Part shown: one piece after another, positions 10,004 to 20,424 of the stretch
Layout: each line of letters opens with the position of its first letter
Numbering within the stretch: the first letter of the stretch is position 1
Source of the DNA: Octopus sinensis
Taxonomy: Eukaryota
Assembly: GCF_006345805.1 (NCBI RefSeq)
Contig: NW_021836680.1
Coordinates: forward strand, 1-23,313
Direction: 5' to 3'
DNA: 23,313 nucleotides
Program-made: the position numbers and the translations under genes
Notes under the pieces: generated by a model
Databases searched by the model: none
Told to the model about the DNA's origin: nothing
Seen by the model: only the letters and a program-made list of their open reading frames with translations

Positions 10004-12674
10004 TGTTTCTTTATTAGCCACACAGGGCTGCACACAGATAGAACAAATTACAAGGTAGAGCTTTTCTTTTGAAGGTTTAAAAAAAAAAAAAAAAAAAGGA
10101 AGGGGGAGTTTCGATCAAAAGGGATCGTAAAAGGAGAGAAAGAGGACAAAAAAAAGGGGGGTTAAAAAAAAAAAAAAAAAAAAAAGGGGAGAGGAAAAAA
10201 AAATTGATCAATAGGGATCGTTATCACAGAAATGTCAATATGAAGTGTAAAGGGGAGGACAGGTGAGGTTTACCCGTGGAAAGAAAAGCCTACGGAAAAG
10301 ACCACGGTAACCTCGGTCAATGAAGTCACATTTTATATTTCTTTTTTTTTTTTTTTTTTTTTTTGCAAATAAGCAACTCTCTGTTTTCGATTTCTGGGTT
10401 CATAGGACTATGCTCAAGGTGCTTCGTCATTCATACGTGCCATTCTTGCTACATCACCCATCTTTTTTTAAAACATTCGCTAGACAAAACTTGCCTCTCT
10501 ACTCTCACTTTCCTTTTCAAGTGGTACTTGAAGAAGTTGATGAGAGATTGACCAGAGAGGAAAGTGTTTGTCTCCAATCCTTTCAGACGCGTCCACCAGA
10601 TACATTCTTTCGCCATAGCCACAGGATGATGAAAATAGCTCTTCCTTCCCGTTTGAAGGAAGGAGGCGTGACATATTGACGATAGACTCAGCTGATAAAC
10701 CGACTCGTCCCACACGTGACAGCAGTTGTTCGACATAAGCCCACAGGTCGGAAATTGTTGGACACTGAACGAGTGCGTGCAGAACGGTTTCGTCGCTCTG
10801 ACCGCATCTCGGGCAGGTCGGCCCCGTGTTTCTCGAGCCGTGTCTGTAGAGCTTATCCCGAACGGGTAGCGCTTCTCGGTAGCACTGCCAGGCCAGGGAT
10901 CTCTGGAAGTTGTCCATGGGCCCTGGCCCGAAGTCGTCCTGAACAGGCGGGTCAGGTACTCCTCGTCGACGTCCAGGTTCGCCCCGAGCTCGTCGTCGTA
11001 CCTCCCCTCCACTAAACCCCTATAGAATGCTTTGGTGTGTTGAAGTCACTTAAGGTCGACCCAGGACGGCAGAGTTGCTTGAGAGCAACGCGACACTCGC
11101 GGTGCCATTCGCCCTTCCTCGGCCTCTTTTTGATCCACGACTGCAATTCGGTCATGGAGACGAGCTGCGGGAAAGCGTGCCTCACAAACGGCGACCACAC
11201 CTGTTCACCGTCGTCTACATAGAGCCCAGATGTCGCAGTCTCAGCGCGTGTCTGCGCATCATCAACCACGGCATGCCCAGCCCCCTTTTAACGGGTGTTG
11301 ACAGCAAATGGATCGCCTGACCATCGGGACGCATCCTTTCCACAAGAAGCGAAAGAGGATGCGTTGTAGTTTGGTGATGGTAGGGTCGGGACAAGGTACG
11401 ACGGTCAGACGGTAGTAGATGACGGACGCGATGTACGTGTTCGCCACCTCCGCTCGACCTTTTAGGGACAGTTTCCTCTCGGCCCATTGCCGGGCGAGAG
11501 TGACCACCCTACTCGTTATCTCGTTCCAGTTCTTCTCCACTTGGAGGTCCGGACCAAACCAGACCCCGAGCAACTCAACCGGGCCGTCGGTCCAGCGTCC
11601 CACGACGGAGGCGCTGGTGGACGGCATGGGCTTGCTTCTCCAGGTGCCTAGTCGCAAGCCCACTGACTTTTCCCGGTTGATTTTCGCTCCTGTCACCGCT
11701 TCGTAGTTTTTCAGTGTCTCGCCGACCAGCTCGATGTGCTCGTGGCTAGACACTATGACGGTGACGTCGTCCGCGTATGCAGACACGCTCGTCCCGCATC
11801 CCAATTCTCGCGGGATGCCCCTTAGAGTCGCCAGCTTCCGCAGTAGTGGCTCAAGAGTCAATACGTATAGAAGCGCCGAGAGGGGCATCCCTGACGGACC
11901 GAACGTGCAATGTCGAAAGGTCTTGATAGATGTCCATTTACGCGAATTACCGAACGGATGCCTCTGTACAAGGCAGCTATCCAGCCGCGGAAGACGGGAC
12001 CGAAACCAGCCGCTCTCAGGACTGCCTCCAAGTATCGATGGTCTACCCTATCAAAGGCTTCGATTGATCCAAGTTGATCAGGGCCCCACCCATGCCAGGT
12101 TCGTTAACTACCCTGTCTATGATGTAGCGCATCAGATGGAGGTTGTCATGGATGGTCCGGCTGGCACGGCGCATGTTTGCGCCTTGTCGACCAGTTTCTC
12201 GATGACAAGCGCCAACCTCTTGGCTAGCACCTTGGCCAAAATTTTCAAGTCTGCATTAAGCAGAGTGATGGGCCTAAAGTTATCTATTACATTCCCTTGT
12301 TTAGATCTTTCTTCAGCAGTGTTACGGCTCCTCGGCTCACAAAACCAGGAATGCTCCCGTTTTGCTGCCAGTTGCAGTACACCGCCGCCAAGAGATCTCC
12401 AACAAGTCTGGCATACAATTGTAAAGCTCGTAGGGTAGACCATCCAAACCCGGTGATTTGTCCCTCGAGCATTCTGCCATCGCTTCCCGCACTTCCGCCG
12501 CCGTGATGGCACCTTCGCAGCACCCTGCCTTTCTTGTCGAGAGTCGTGGTAGGCTATGTAGGTAGGCACTGAAGTCCACCCTACGTTCTTGCCCTCCACT
12601 CGTTCCGAACAGTCGGGCAAAATGCTGCTGAAAGGCCTCACACATTTTACTTGGCTCGAGCAATTCGCGCCCCT
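10004..12674 (-). mobile_element. Tx1-clade non-LTR retrotransposon, copy B (5'-truncated after the endonuclease; linker + RT + C-terminus + 3' UTR)
   Basis: Joining frames gives NFRPITLLNADLKILAKVLAKRL, IHDNLHLMRYII, LINLDQSKAFDRVDH, RQGCPLSALLYVLTLEPLL, AYADDVTV, GAKINREKS, LSLKGRAEVANTYIAS and the CCHC-like CPRCGQSDETVLHALVQC, all typical of L1/Tx1 ORF2. Flanked by an exact 13-bp direct repeat AAGGCGATAGATA at 9991-10003 and 12675-12687. Confidence 0.93.
10400..12663 (-). pseudogene. Frameshifted ORF2 (reverse transcriptase) of Tx1 copy B
   Basis: Spread over track ORFs 12337..12663, 12287..12523, end of 12132..13418, 11262..11888, 11215..11487, 11012..11269, 10449..11012 and 10480..10917. 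Stop TGA at 10400-10402 by alignment with copy A (8892-8894). No start codon (5'-truncated). Confidence 0.9.
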
Positions 12675-12679
12675 AAGGC

Positions 12680-12761
<82 letters not shown>

Positions 12762-12815
12762 TAAATAGACAGAGAGACAGAGAGACAGACAAACAGACAG
12801 AGAGAAAGATAGATA
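12680..12815. repeat. (GATA)n/(GACA)n microsatellite between Tx1 copies B and C
   Basis: Pure GATA run about 12680-12747, then GACA/GAGA variants. Confidence 0.95.
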
Positions 12816-12978
12816 AGTTTCTTTATTGGCCACACAGGGCTGCACACAGATGGGACAAGTTACAAGGTAGAGCTTTTCTTTTGGGGGATGAAGAGAACAA
12901 AAAACAAAAGAAAAAAAAAGGGGGTGGCGTAGGTTTTCGATCAAGAGGGATCGTAAAAGGGAAGAAAAGAATAAAAAA
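12816..12978 (-). mobile_element. Tx1-clade retrotransposon, copy C (terminal 3' UTR only, ~160 bp)
   Basis: AGTTTCTTTATTGGCCACACAGGGCTGCACACAGA...GACAAGTTACAAGGTAGAGCTTTTCTTTTGGGGGATGAAG is near-identical to 8449-8527. Candidate 11-bp duplication AAAGATAGATA at 12805-12815 and 12979-12989. Confidence 0.88.
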
Positions 12979-13036
<58 letters not shown>

Positions 13037-13061
13037 GGATAAATAGATAGATAGATAGATT

Positions 13062-13113
<52 letters not shown>

Positions 13114-13333
13114 TATAGATAGATAGATAGATAGATAGATAGATTGATAGATAGATACATAAATATATAGATAGAAACATAAACAGACAGACAGACAGAT
13201 AGACAGATAGACAGATAGACAGATATATTGATACATGGATAGATAGATAGACAGAGAGATAGGTAGATAGATAAATAAATAAATAGATAGATAGAGACAG
13301 ACAGACAGACAGATATATAGATAATAGATAGAT

Positions 13334-13398
<65 letters not shown>
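12979..13398. repeat. Long (GATA)n/(GACA)n tract followed by (TA)n and (GA)n
   Basis: Directly visible; it produces the spurious 428/201/159 aa YLSI-repeat ORFs. Confidence 0.95.
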
Positions 13399-13654
13399 TG
13401 GTAGACGTACATGCACACACATATGCATATCAGAAAACCTACATACTACACAGGGTCGATTGCCATATTAGTTTAAACTCCCATTTAATTCCAAGATCTG
13501 ATTTAATCTCGCCCTTCTCTCGGGCAATATATGAGAGAAAGATCTCTTCCCATTGTTCAAAATATGAAAGATTGATTTTAGTTGTCTAATTTTTTCAAAG
13601 TCATTCTAATCTCTTAAACTCCAAACTTTGTAAACATCATTCGTAATGCATTGA

Positions 13655-13659
13655 TATTC

Positions 13660-13716
<57 letters not shown>

Positions 13717-13756
13717 CTGTGTGTGTGTGTGTGTGTGAGTGTGTATATATATATGT

Positions 13757-13798
<42 letters not shown>

Positions 13799-13820
13799 AT
13801 GTATGTGTACATATATATAT
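13655..13820. repeat. (TA)n/(TG)n microsatellite
   Basis: Directly visible. Confidence 0.9.
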
Positions 13821-14401
13821 GTTAATAATTAGCTTGTATAATATCGAATTATTTTTTTATTCGGAGATTACTGATGTATATCCTATATTCATGTTTTAAA
13901 AAATAAAAAGAAGACCGTTTATATACTTAGCAAAATTTTACATTTAATACGGTGCTTATAAAACGAATCCGTTACTAACGAAGGTCATGTCTTAGACAAA
14001 GAATAGCGATATACGCTGTAGAATTTCTTCAAAATTTAATCCAATTCCATGCATAATTTTAGAAATTTTTCTTCAATTAACCACAAAGAATTAACTTCTT
14101 TCAAACGCAGAGTAATCATTTTAATATTTTGCGGACGCATACCGACCCAGCTTGTCTGAATTTTTATAATTTCAAATTGATCACGTGTATTAAATATGGA
14201 AGCCGTTCTTTTATTTGTAGAATGCGGCATAACTCTTTGCAATTTCACTGATAACTAATGAATAAAATATTTTTTCAAATTATTAATTGTCCAACTTCTG
14301 TTCCATATTTCGCAAAAAAATCGTAAAATCACCATAGTTGTCAAAAATATATTATAAGTTACTTCTGTTTCCTTTGCTTAACTCTCGTATCGAGAATGTA
14401 T

Positions 14402-14645
14402 TACACCATGAACATCATCTTGATCACCACCGGCACCAGCACCAGCACCAGTACCAACAACAACAACAACACCATCGCCGCCACCACCGTGCCACCACCA
14501 CTGCCGCCACTATAACCCCTATTATCAGCAACATCAGCCACACCACCACCCTGAACATCATGATCATCTTTATCATCATCACCATCATCATCACCGTCGT
14601 TGTCTTCGTCAACATTGGCGCCTTCGTCACTCCCACAACATCATA
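14402..14645. repeat. Degenerate trinucleotide/hexanucleotide repeat (CAC, CAT, CAA, CACCAG)
   Basis: Directly visible; explains the poly-H/Q/T ORF 14338..14646. Confidence 0.85.
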
Positions 14646-14895
14646 GTTTCGGTTCCCAGGACTCACTGCACCGGTCAAGCAATCTCCATGGCGTATAAAT
14701 AACCTGAAATGACGATTTCCACCCGATCCATGAACGGGACGCCAGTCCTTTGCCTGGTTACTCATTTACAGCTAAGGAAACCGAAAAAATCCTAAGAGTG
14801 TTTTGCAAAGTGTTTTTGCTCATAAACGCAAAGTAACGCTCGCTCCAGAATCGAAACCACTTTCATAAATACTCTCCAATCATCAAAAGCATATA

Positions 14896-15288
14896 GGCGC
14901 AGGAGTGGCTGTGCGGTAAGTAGCTTGCTAACCAGCCACATGGTTCCGGGTTCAGTCCCACTGCGTGGCATCTTGGGCAAGTGTTTTCTGCTATAGCCCC
15001 GGGCCAACCAATGCCTTGTGAGTGGATTTGGTAGACGGAAACTGAAAGGAGCCTGTCGTATATATGTATGTGTGTGTATATGTTTGTGAGTCTGTGTTTG
15101 TCACCCCAGCATCGCTTGACAACCGATGCTGGTGTGTTTACGTCCCCGTCACTTAGCGGTTCGGCAAAAAGAGACCGATTGAATAAGTACTGGGCTTACA
15201 AAGAATAAGTCCTGGGGTCGATTTGCTCGACTAAAGGCGGTGCTCCAGCATGGCCGCTGTCAAATGACTGAAACAAGTAAAAAAGAGA
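14896..15288 (+). mobile_element. SINE family 1, full length
   Basis: GGCGCAGGAGTGGCTGTGCGG head, GGTTCAGTCC B-box, TCTTGGGCAAGTG CORE-like motif, tail GGTGCTCCAGCATGGCCGC..CAAATGACTGAAACAAGTAAAA. Confidence 0.9.
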
Positions 15289-15548
15289 AAGAGAGAGAGA
15301 GATGCGAGATCTGGCAAATCATTGTTCAACTCGTATCGATAATTCAACTGATGTCTCATTCTAGAGTATAATGCAGAATTATTCGATACGAATCGTATTT
15401 AATAAAAAATCAAAAAGTTTACTTTTCAACTCAGGTTTCAGCCTCAGACCCACCCCCTGGAACTTTGGGTAATTGCATTCTATTATACCCTAGGTCTGAC
15501 TAATGACATGTGAGAGGATTGGATAGACAAAAACTAAAAGAGTCGTGT

Positions 15549-15595
<47 letters not shown>

Positions 15596-15674
15596 GGAGG
15601 TCACACATATACATGTGTATGGGCGGGTATCATCACGAAGGTGGTTTGACCCAGTATAAGCCAGAACGGAAATC

Positions 15675-15875
15675 TTCAATTGTTACTAAAAGTGACTAAG
15701 GGTGCAATGTAGCACCTACATCGTTAGAATCGAGAGTGAAACACACCGATGGCCACAAAAGGCACATGTTATGAACTGCGGAATGGCTATCTTTTTGAGG
15801 CATTAAGGTTTTTGCCTCTTGTTCCTAGCAATTTAGGTGCTACCCTGCAGCCTCAGTCACTATTAGTGACAAATG

Positions 15876-15877
<2 letters not shown>
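15675..15877. mobile_element. MITE-like element with 44-bp imperfect terminal inverted repeats (copy 1)
   Basis: 15675-15718 versus the reverse complement of 15834-15877: 37/44 identical. No clear target-site duplication. Confidence 0.65.
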
Positions 15878-15908
<31 letters not shown>

Positions 15909-16039
15909 ACAAATATAGATAAATAGATAAATACATACATATAAATATAGATATATATGCCTGTATATATATATAATATATATATATGTGTGTGTGTGTG
16001 TATGTGTATATATGTTATATATGTATGTATATGCATACC

Positions 16040-16070
<31 letters not shown>

Positions 16071-16149
16071 GGAGGTCACACATATACATGTGTATGGGCG
16101 GGTATCATCACGAAGGTGGTTTGACCCAGTATAAGCCAGAACGGAAATC

Positions 16150-16352
16150 TTCAATTGTTACTAAAAGTGACTAAGGGTGCAATGTAGCACCTACATCGTT
16201 AGAATCGAGAGTGAAACACACCGATGGCCACAAAAGGCACATGTTATGAACTGCGGAATGGCTATCTTTTTGAGGCATTAAGGTTTTTGCCTCTTGTTCC
16301 TAGCAATTTAGGTGCTACCCTGCAGCCTCAGTCACTATTAGTGACAAATGAA
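16150..16352. mobile_element. MITE-like element (copy 2, inside the duplicated unit)
   Basis: Same sequence as 15675-15877, shifted by 475 bp. Confidence 0.65.
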
Positions 16353-16439
16353 CACACCACACACACACACACACACACACACGTACAAATATAGATAAAT
16401 AGATAAATACATACATATAAATATAGATATATATGCCTG

Positions 16440-16478
<39 letters not shown>

Positions 16479-16516
16479 ATGTGTATATATGTTATATATG
16501 TATGTATATGCATACC

Positions 16517-16553
<37 letters not shown>

Positions 16554-16569
16554 AGCTATCAAGCTATAT

Positions 16570-16830
16570 ACGTAGGTAAGAAGGTAGGAAGTTAGGTAGG
16601 TAGGTAGGTAGGTAGGTAGGTAGGTAGATAAGTAGGTAGGTAGATATGTAGGTAGGTATGTAGGTAGGTAGATAGATAGGTAGGTAGGTAGGTAGGTAGG
16701 TAGGTAGGTAAGTAGATAGGTAGGTATGTATGTATGTATGTATGTATGTAGGTAGGTCGGTAGGTAGGTAGGTATGTATGGATGTATGTAGGTAGTTAGG
16801 TAGATAAACAGATAGATAGCCAGACAGACA
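16570..16830. repeat. (TAGG)n/(TATG)n/(TAGA)n compound tetranucleotide repeat
   Basis: Directly visible. Confidence 0.95.
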
Positions 16831-17199
16831 TGTAGCTCATCATGTCATGTCAAAAATCGCATATTTAACACGAAATTCAAACACAATCCGCATGATTGCA
16901 AACGATCAACATCTTATTGCGCCTGGGAGGATGGAGGTTTAAAGCGAGTTTAATATATTTGCAAATCGTGGATGAAGACAAACGTATAACAAATATTAAC
17001 AAGTTACTCAAGGAGAAAAACAATTATATCAGGATTCAGCATAATACCGGCCAATTAAAAGTTAAGCTAAATAAACTAATTATTGAGTTATATGCACAAG
17101 TAGCACCAACCAATTCACAGAATCTTTAATGAGTTAGATAACATGATCAAACATCAGACATCTGAGGGATGCTGTAAGCAGACTTATAAAGAGTTCTTG

Positions 17200-17760
17200 G
17201 ATTTCTTAGAAGAAACTGATGTAGTGTACAGCATATTTGTATTAGATCTGGAAGGTATGTTTGCATAGGTTCCCGTAGAAGAACTATAGAAAATACCTTG
17301 TTAAAATCTGTATTCATGAACCTAATTTATCAACTATTTATCAACTATTTATCAACGCATTTTAAGAGCGGTATTATACGCAAGTGAGACGTAGGCTATT
17401 TCGAAGACGAGAAAACATCGATTGGCTGCGATGCAAAGGAGCCATGGAAAGATCTATCCAAGGAATATAGTTATGCGAGCATATTCTAAATGAGATAAAT
17501 CGAGTACGGTGCGGTGCGAGCAATGTGATTGTAGAATACCGAAAACACAAGTTCCTCTGGGCTGGACAAGTTGCAAGGTTCTCAGGCAACAGGTGAACAT
17601 TTGCAGTTGCCGAGTGGTATCCGAAGATCGGAAAAGACCTCTTGGAAAGCATCCACAACGGTGATAAGACGATCTAGTTAAAGAATTTGTGTCAAACTGG
17701 GAAATAATAGCGCAATCAAGACAGAACTGGAAGCACGTGTTGACCGGCGGCGTGTAATGG
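17200..17760 (+). mobile_element. Decayed RTE-clade LINE relic (RT motif remnant + C-terminus, internally deleted)
   Basis: Manual translation: IFVLDLEGMFA*VPVEEL* (about 17233-17290), AVLYASET*A (about 17368), then RAMERSIQGI*LCEHILNEINR...YRKHKFLWAGQVARFSGNR*TFAVAEWYP..RKRPLGK...DDLVK..W...AQSRQNW. This matches the RTE pattern RAMER/WAGHVAR/WYPR.KRP.GRP..RW.DD. Confidence 0.75.
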
Positions 17761-18249
17761 CATCTGAGATACTGTGATTATACCAGTTTTCATATTAAAA
17801 TACTATTATCAGTGCCCTCTACATCAAATGTAACTTTTCGCTACCCACATGACAATTCATATAAGAAAACTATGGAGAAGTTGTGGGTTCTCATTCATGC
17901 CTGACATCTGCAGATTTTGATAATTCAACTGTTGAAAGCAAAGAGTTATCAAGTAATAGATAAGAGAAAAATATATTACCTGTGGAGAGTGGGAGAAATG
18001 AAACGCACGCAGCATTAAGCAGTGCATACAATCACCCAAGAGTTTAGCCATTCATTCAAGAATGAAGAAGGGGAATATTCTTTATGTTGTATGTCTTGTT
18101 TCTCTGTTTGTTGTTCGAAAAACAGTTCGTTGTCTGTTTTTGTTTCTCATTATGTTCAACGTTTTTTTAATGTCCTGTACCAATATATGCATGTATATAA
18201 ATATATATGTAGGTAAGTACATATATGTATGTATATATGCATCTCGTGA

Positions 18250-18360
18250 GCTGAAACAAGGTGAATAAATAAATATGCACAACGCCCTGTCTGGGAATCG
18301 AAACTGCGATCCTGCGACCGCGATTCCGCTGCCCTAACCACTAGGCCATTGCGCCTTCAC
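18250..18360 (-). mobile_element. SINE family 3 tRNA-like head
   Basis: Reverse complement GAAGGCGCAATGGCCTAGTGGTTAGGGCAGCGG..CGCGGTCG..GGATCGC.GTTTCGATTCCCAGAC matches the head of the 21646 copy. Confidence 0.75.
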
Positions 18361-18460
18361 ACCATGTAGAATTGTACAAATAAAACTCTTAACAGATATT
18401 TTACATCATCTAAGTTTCAATAACTGAGATGGAGTAACTTTACTGGGAAAAAATATAATA

Positions 18461-18607
18461 CTTAGCGGTATTTCGTCTGTCTTAACGTTCTGAGTTCAAA
18501 TTCCACCGAGGTCGACTTTGTCTTTCATCTTTTTGGGGTCGATAAAATAATTAACAGTTGAGTACTGGGACCGATGTAATCGACTCACCCCTTCAAAATT
18601 TGAAGCC
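18461..18607 (+). mobile_element. SINE family 2, 5'-truncated
   Basis: CTTAGCGGTATTTCGTC...GTTCTGAGTTCAAATTCCACCGAGGTCGACTTTG...GGGGTCGATAAAATA matches the 19053 copy. Confidence 0.85.
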
Positions 18608-19052
18608 AACAATTTATCTTCATTTCTTGTCATAAGCATCCAGATTGGGCTTAACGGAGAAAACATGTTTTATTTTACCAAAGACGCGTTTGTCAGCACG
18701 GAAACAAAATAATTGTACCAGTGGGAATGTCTCAAAATACACAAAGTACTTAGAGGGGGAACCCTGTATTAAGAAACCCATTGAAAAATAGTATTAAATA
18801 ACGAGGGTATATTTAGAAACTAAAATACTAACCCATAGCACAATACAATAAAAAAAATACCATTTTAAAGGTGGATATTGTTCATGTAATTACTCTAAAT
18901 TCCAACCGTTGTGTTACTACACCTCTTGTTGGAACTCTGTGAGTGTTGGAGATTGATTAAGTTTCCATTGTATTTTTCTAACATTTCGGCATAAATCGGA
19001 AGCGTATTATATTAACTCTAAATTTCTTTATTGCATTATATTAACTCTAGTA

Positions 19053-19266
19053 AAGGCGACGAGCTGGCAGAATCGTTAGCACGCCGGGCGAAATGCTTAG
19101 CCGTATTTCGTCTCCTGCTACGTTCTGAGTTCAAATACCGCCGAGGTTGGCTTTGCCCTTCATCCTTTTGGGATCGATTAAATAAGTACCAGTTACGCAC
19201 TGGCGTCGATGTAATCGACTTAATCCCTTCACCCAAATTTGAGGCCTTGTGCTTCCAGTAGAAAGA
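19053..19266 (+). mobile_element. SINE family 2, full length, with 18-bp target-site duplication
   Basis: GGCGACGAGCTGGCAGAATCGTTAGCACGCCGGGCG head, GAGTTCAAAT B-box. Flanking ATTATATTAA(C/T)TCTAGTA at 19035-19052 and 19267-19284 (17/18 identical). Confidence 0.9.
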
Positions 19267-19444
19267 ATTATATTAATTCTAGTACCAACACTTGCAGAAT
19301 CCATGACGCTTAATGGAAGGATAAAAGGATAAAAATTAAGCTTGATAGAATATGGGCTGGGAATGGAACTAGCGAGAATAAACTGCACAAGTCAGTACAG
19401 TTTATGGAACTTCTAGTGCCCTGGTGCTATATTCTGTCGACATC

Positions 19445-19622
19445 GGGGAGGGGACTAAGTCGATTCCATCGATCGTAGGACTCAACTGGTACTAATTTTA
19501 TCGAACCCGAAAAGATGAAAAGCAAAGTCGACCTCGGCGGAATTTGAACTCAGAGCGTGCAGACGGACGAAATGCCACTAAGCATTTTCCCGGCATGCTA
19601 ACTATTCTACCAACACACCGCC
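19445..19622 (-). mobile_element. SINE family 2
   Basis: AAAGTCGACCTCGGCGGAATTTGAACTCAGAGCG...CGAAATGCCACTAAGCATTT is the reverse complement of the family 2 head/core. Confidence 0.85.
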
Positions 19623-20046
19623 CTATATATTTTTGTTGACTTCTGAACGATGAAAGAAAACGGTAATAAAAGAATTATGTTCAACTCGACAAAGTTTGAA
19701 CCCGGAATATAAGGAGATAGAAGACATACTACAGTTTAGATGTAATGACTTCCCTATCCACCATTCTGGTAATCCTGGCAATCCAGCCTTCTTTCAATAC
19801 TGCTAAATCCAGCGCCCTAAACGAACAAACTATAGGGAAGTGAAATCGTTGGGGTTTTTTGAAATTGCTATTAAGATCTCCAGGATAATGTCTATTATAG
19901 ATTTCACGTAAGATGAACATCACGAAACGATCTAGGCTGTTTACAGAGGAAATAAATTCCTGATAAGCTTAGCCAATTCCATTAATCAAAAAGCAATATA
20001 ATGTTTTGAACCAAAAAAGATAGATAACGATGTCAGTACGATTAAT

Positions 20047-20097
<51 letters not shown>

Positions 20098-20424
20098 TAC
20101 ACATAGGCACATCTATTAATATGTAATCTTCTAGTATTATTCCCTTTCAGAGATAACGAATAAGTATAAATCTTTTTCTAACCTGTAATGGCTGCCGCTT
20201 AGCGTGTCTCAAGATACGGTGGGTTGTGCTTTGGAACTTCTAAGGTTGCTGATTGAAACTACTCTCAATAAACGTCCTTCCGATTAAATATACTCTCATT
20301 ATGATGCTTATAAAAATATTCAGTAACATCTGACTTAACTGTTTTCCATCTCTTAAATACTTCCATCATTTCTACTAGAGAAAGCCATGTAATTATTCAA
20401 TGCAGTATTACCATAAGTTCGCGT

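Larger units (their letters stand above)
15549..16516. repeat. Direct tandem duplication, two units of about 475-490 bp
   Basis: 15592-15877 and 16067-16352 read identical by eye (AAAGGGAGGTCAC...GTGACAAATGAA). Unit boundaries fall at CC(TA)n at 15549, 16038 and 16515; only the microsatellite lengths differ. Confidence 0.95.

Noticed and set aside
11734-12438. 234-aa plus-strand ORF and other plus-strand ORFs over 9.0-12.5 kb
   Set aside because: Antisense shadows of the GC-rich Tx1 ORF2; no independent motifs.
12132-13418. Longest ORF in the track (428 aa)
   Set aside because: A chimera: YLSI repeats from (TATC)n, an off-frame stretch, and only the last ~50 codons in the true RT frame. Not a gene.
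14036-14248. 70-aa minus-strand ORF in non-repetitive AT-rich sequence (also 2606..2887 and 19729..19923)
   Set aside because: No recognisable domain or splice context; length is within chance expectation.
14338-14765. Poly-His/Gln/Thr ORF and its antisense
   Set aside because: Degenerate trinucleotide microsatellite with no flanking coding signal.
17860-18090. Coding-like stretch (ENYGEVVGSHSCLTSADFDNS...)
   Set aside because: Interrupted by several stops and no recognisable family.
19745-19843. 32-codon ORF resembling a signal peptide (MTSLSTILVILAIQPSF...)
   Set aside because: Short hydrophobic core, no convincing splice donor and no homology recognised; compatible with chance. RNA-seq would be needed.
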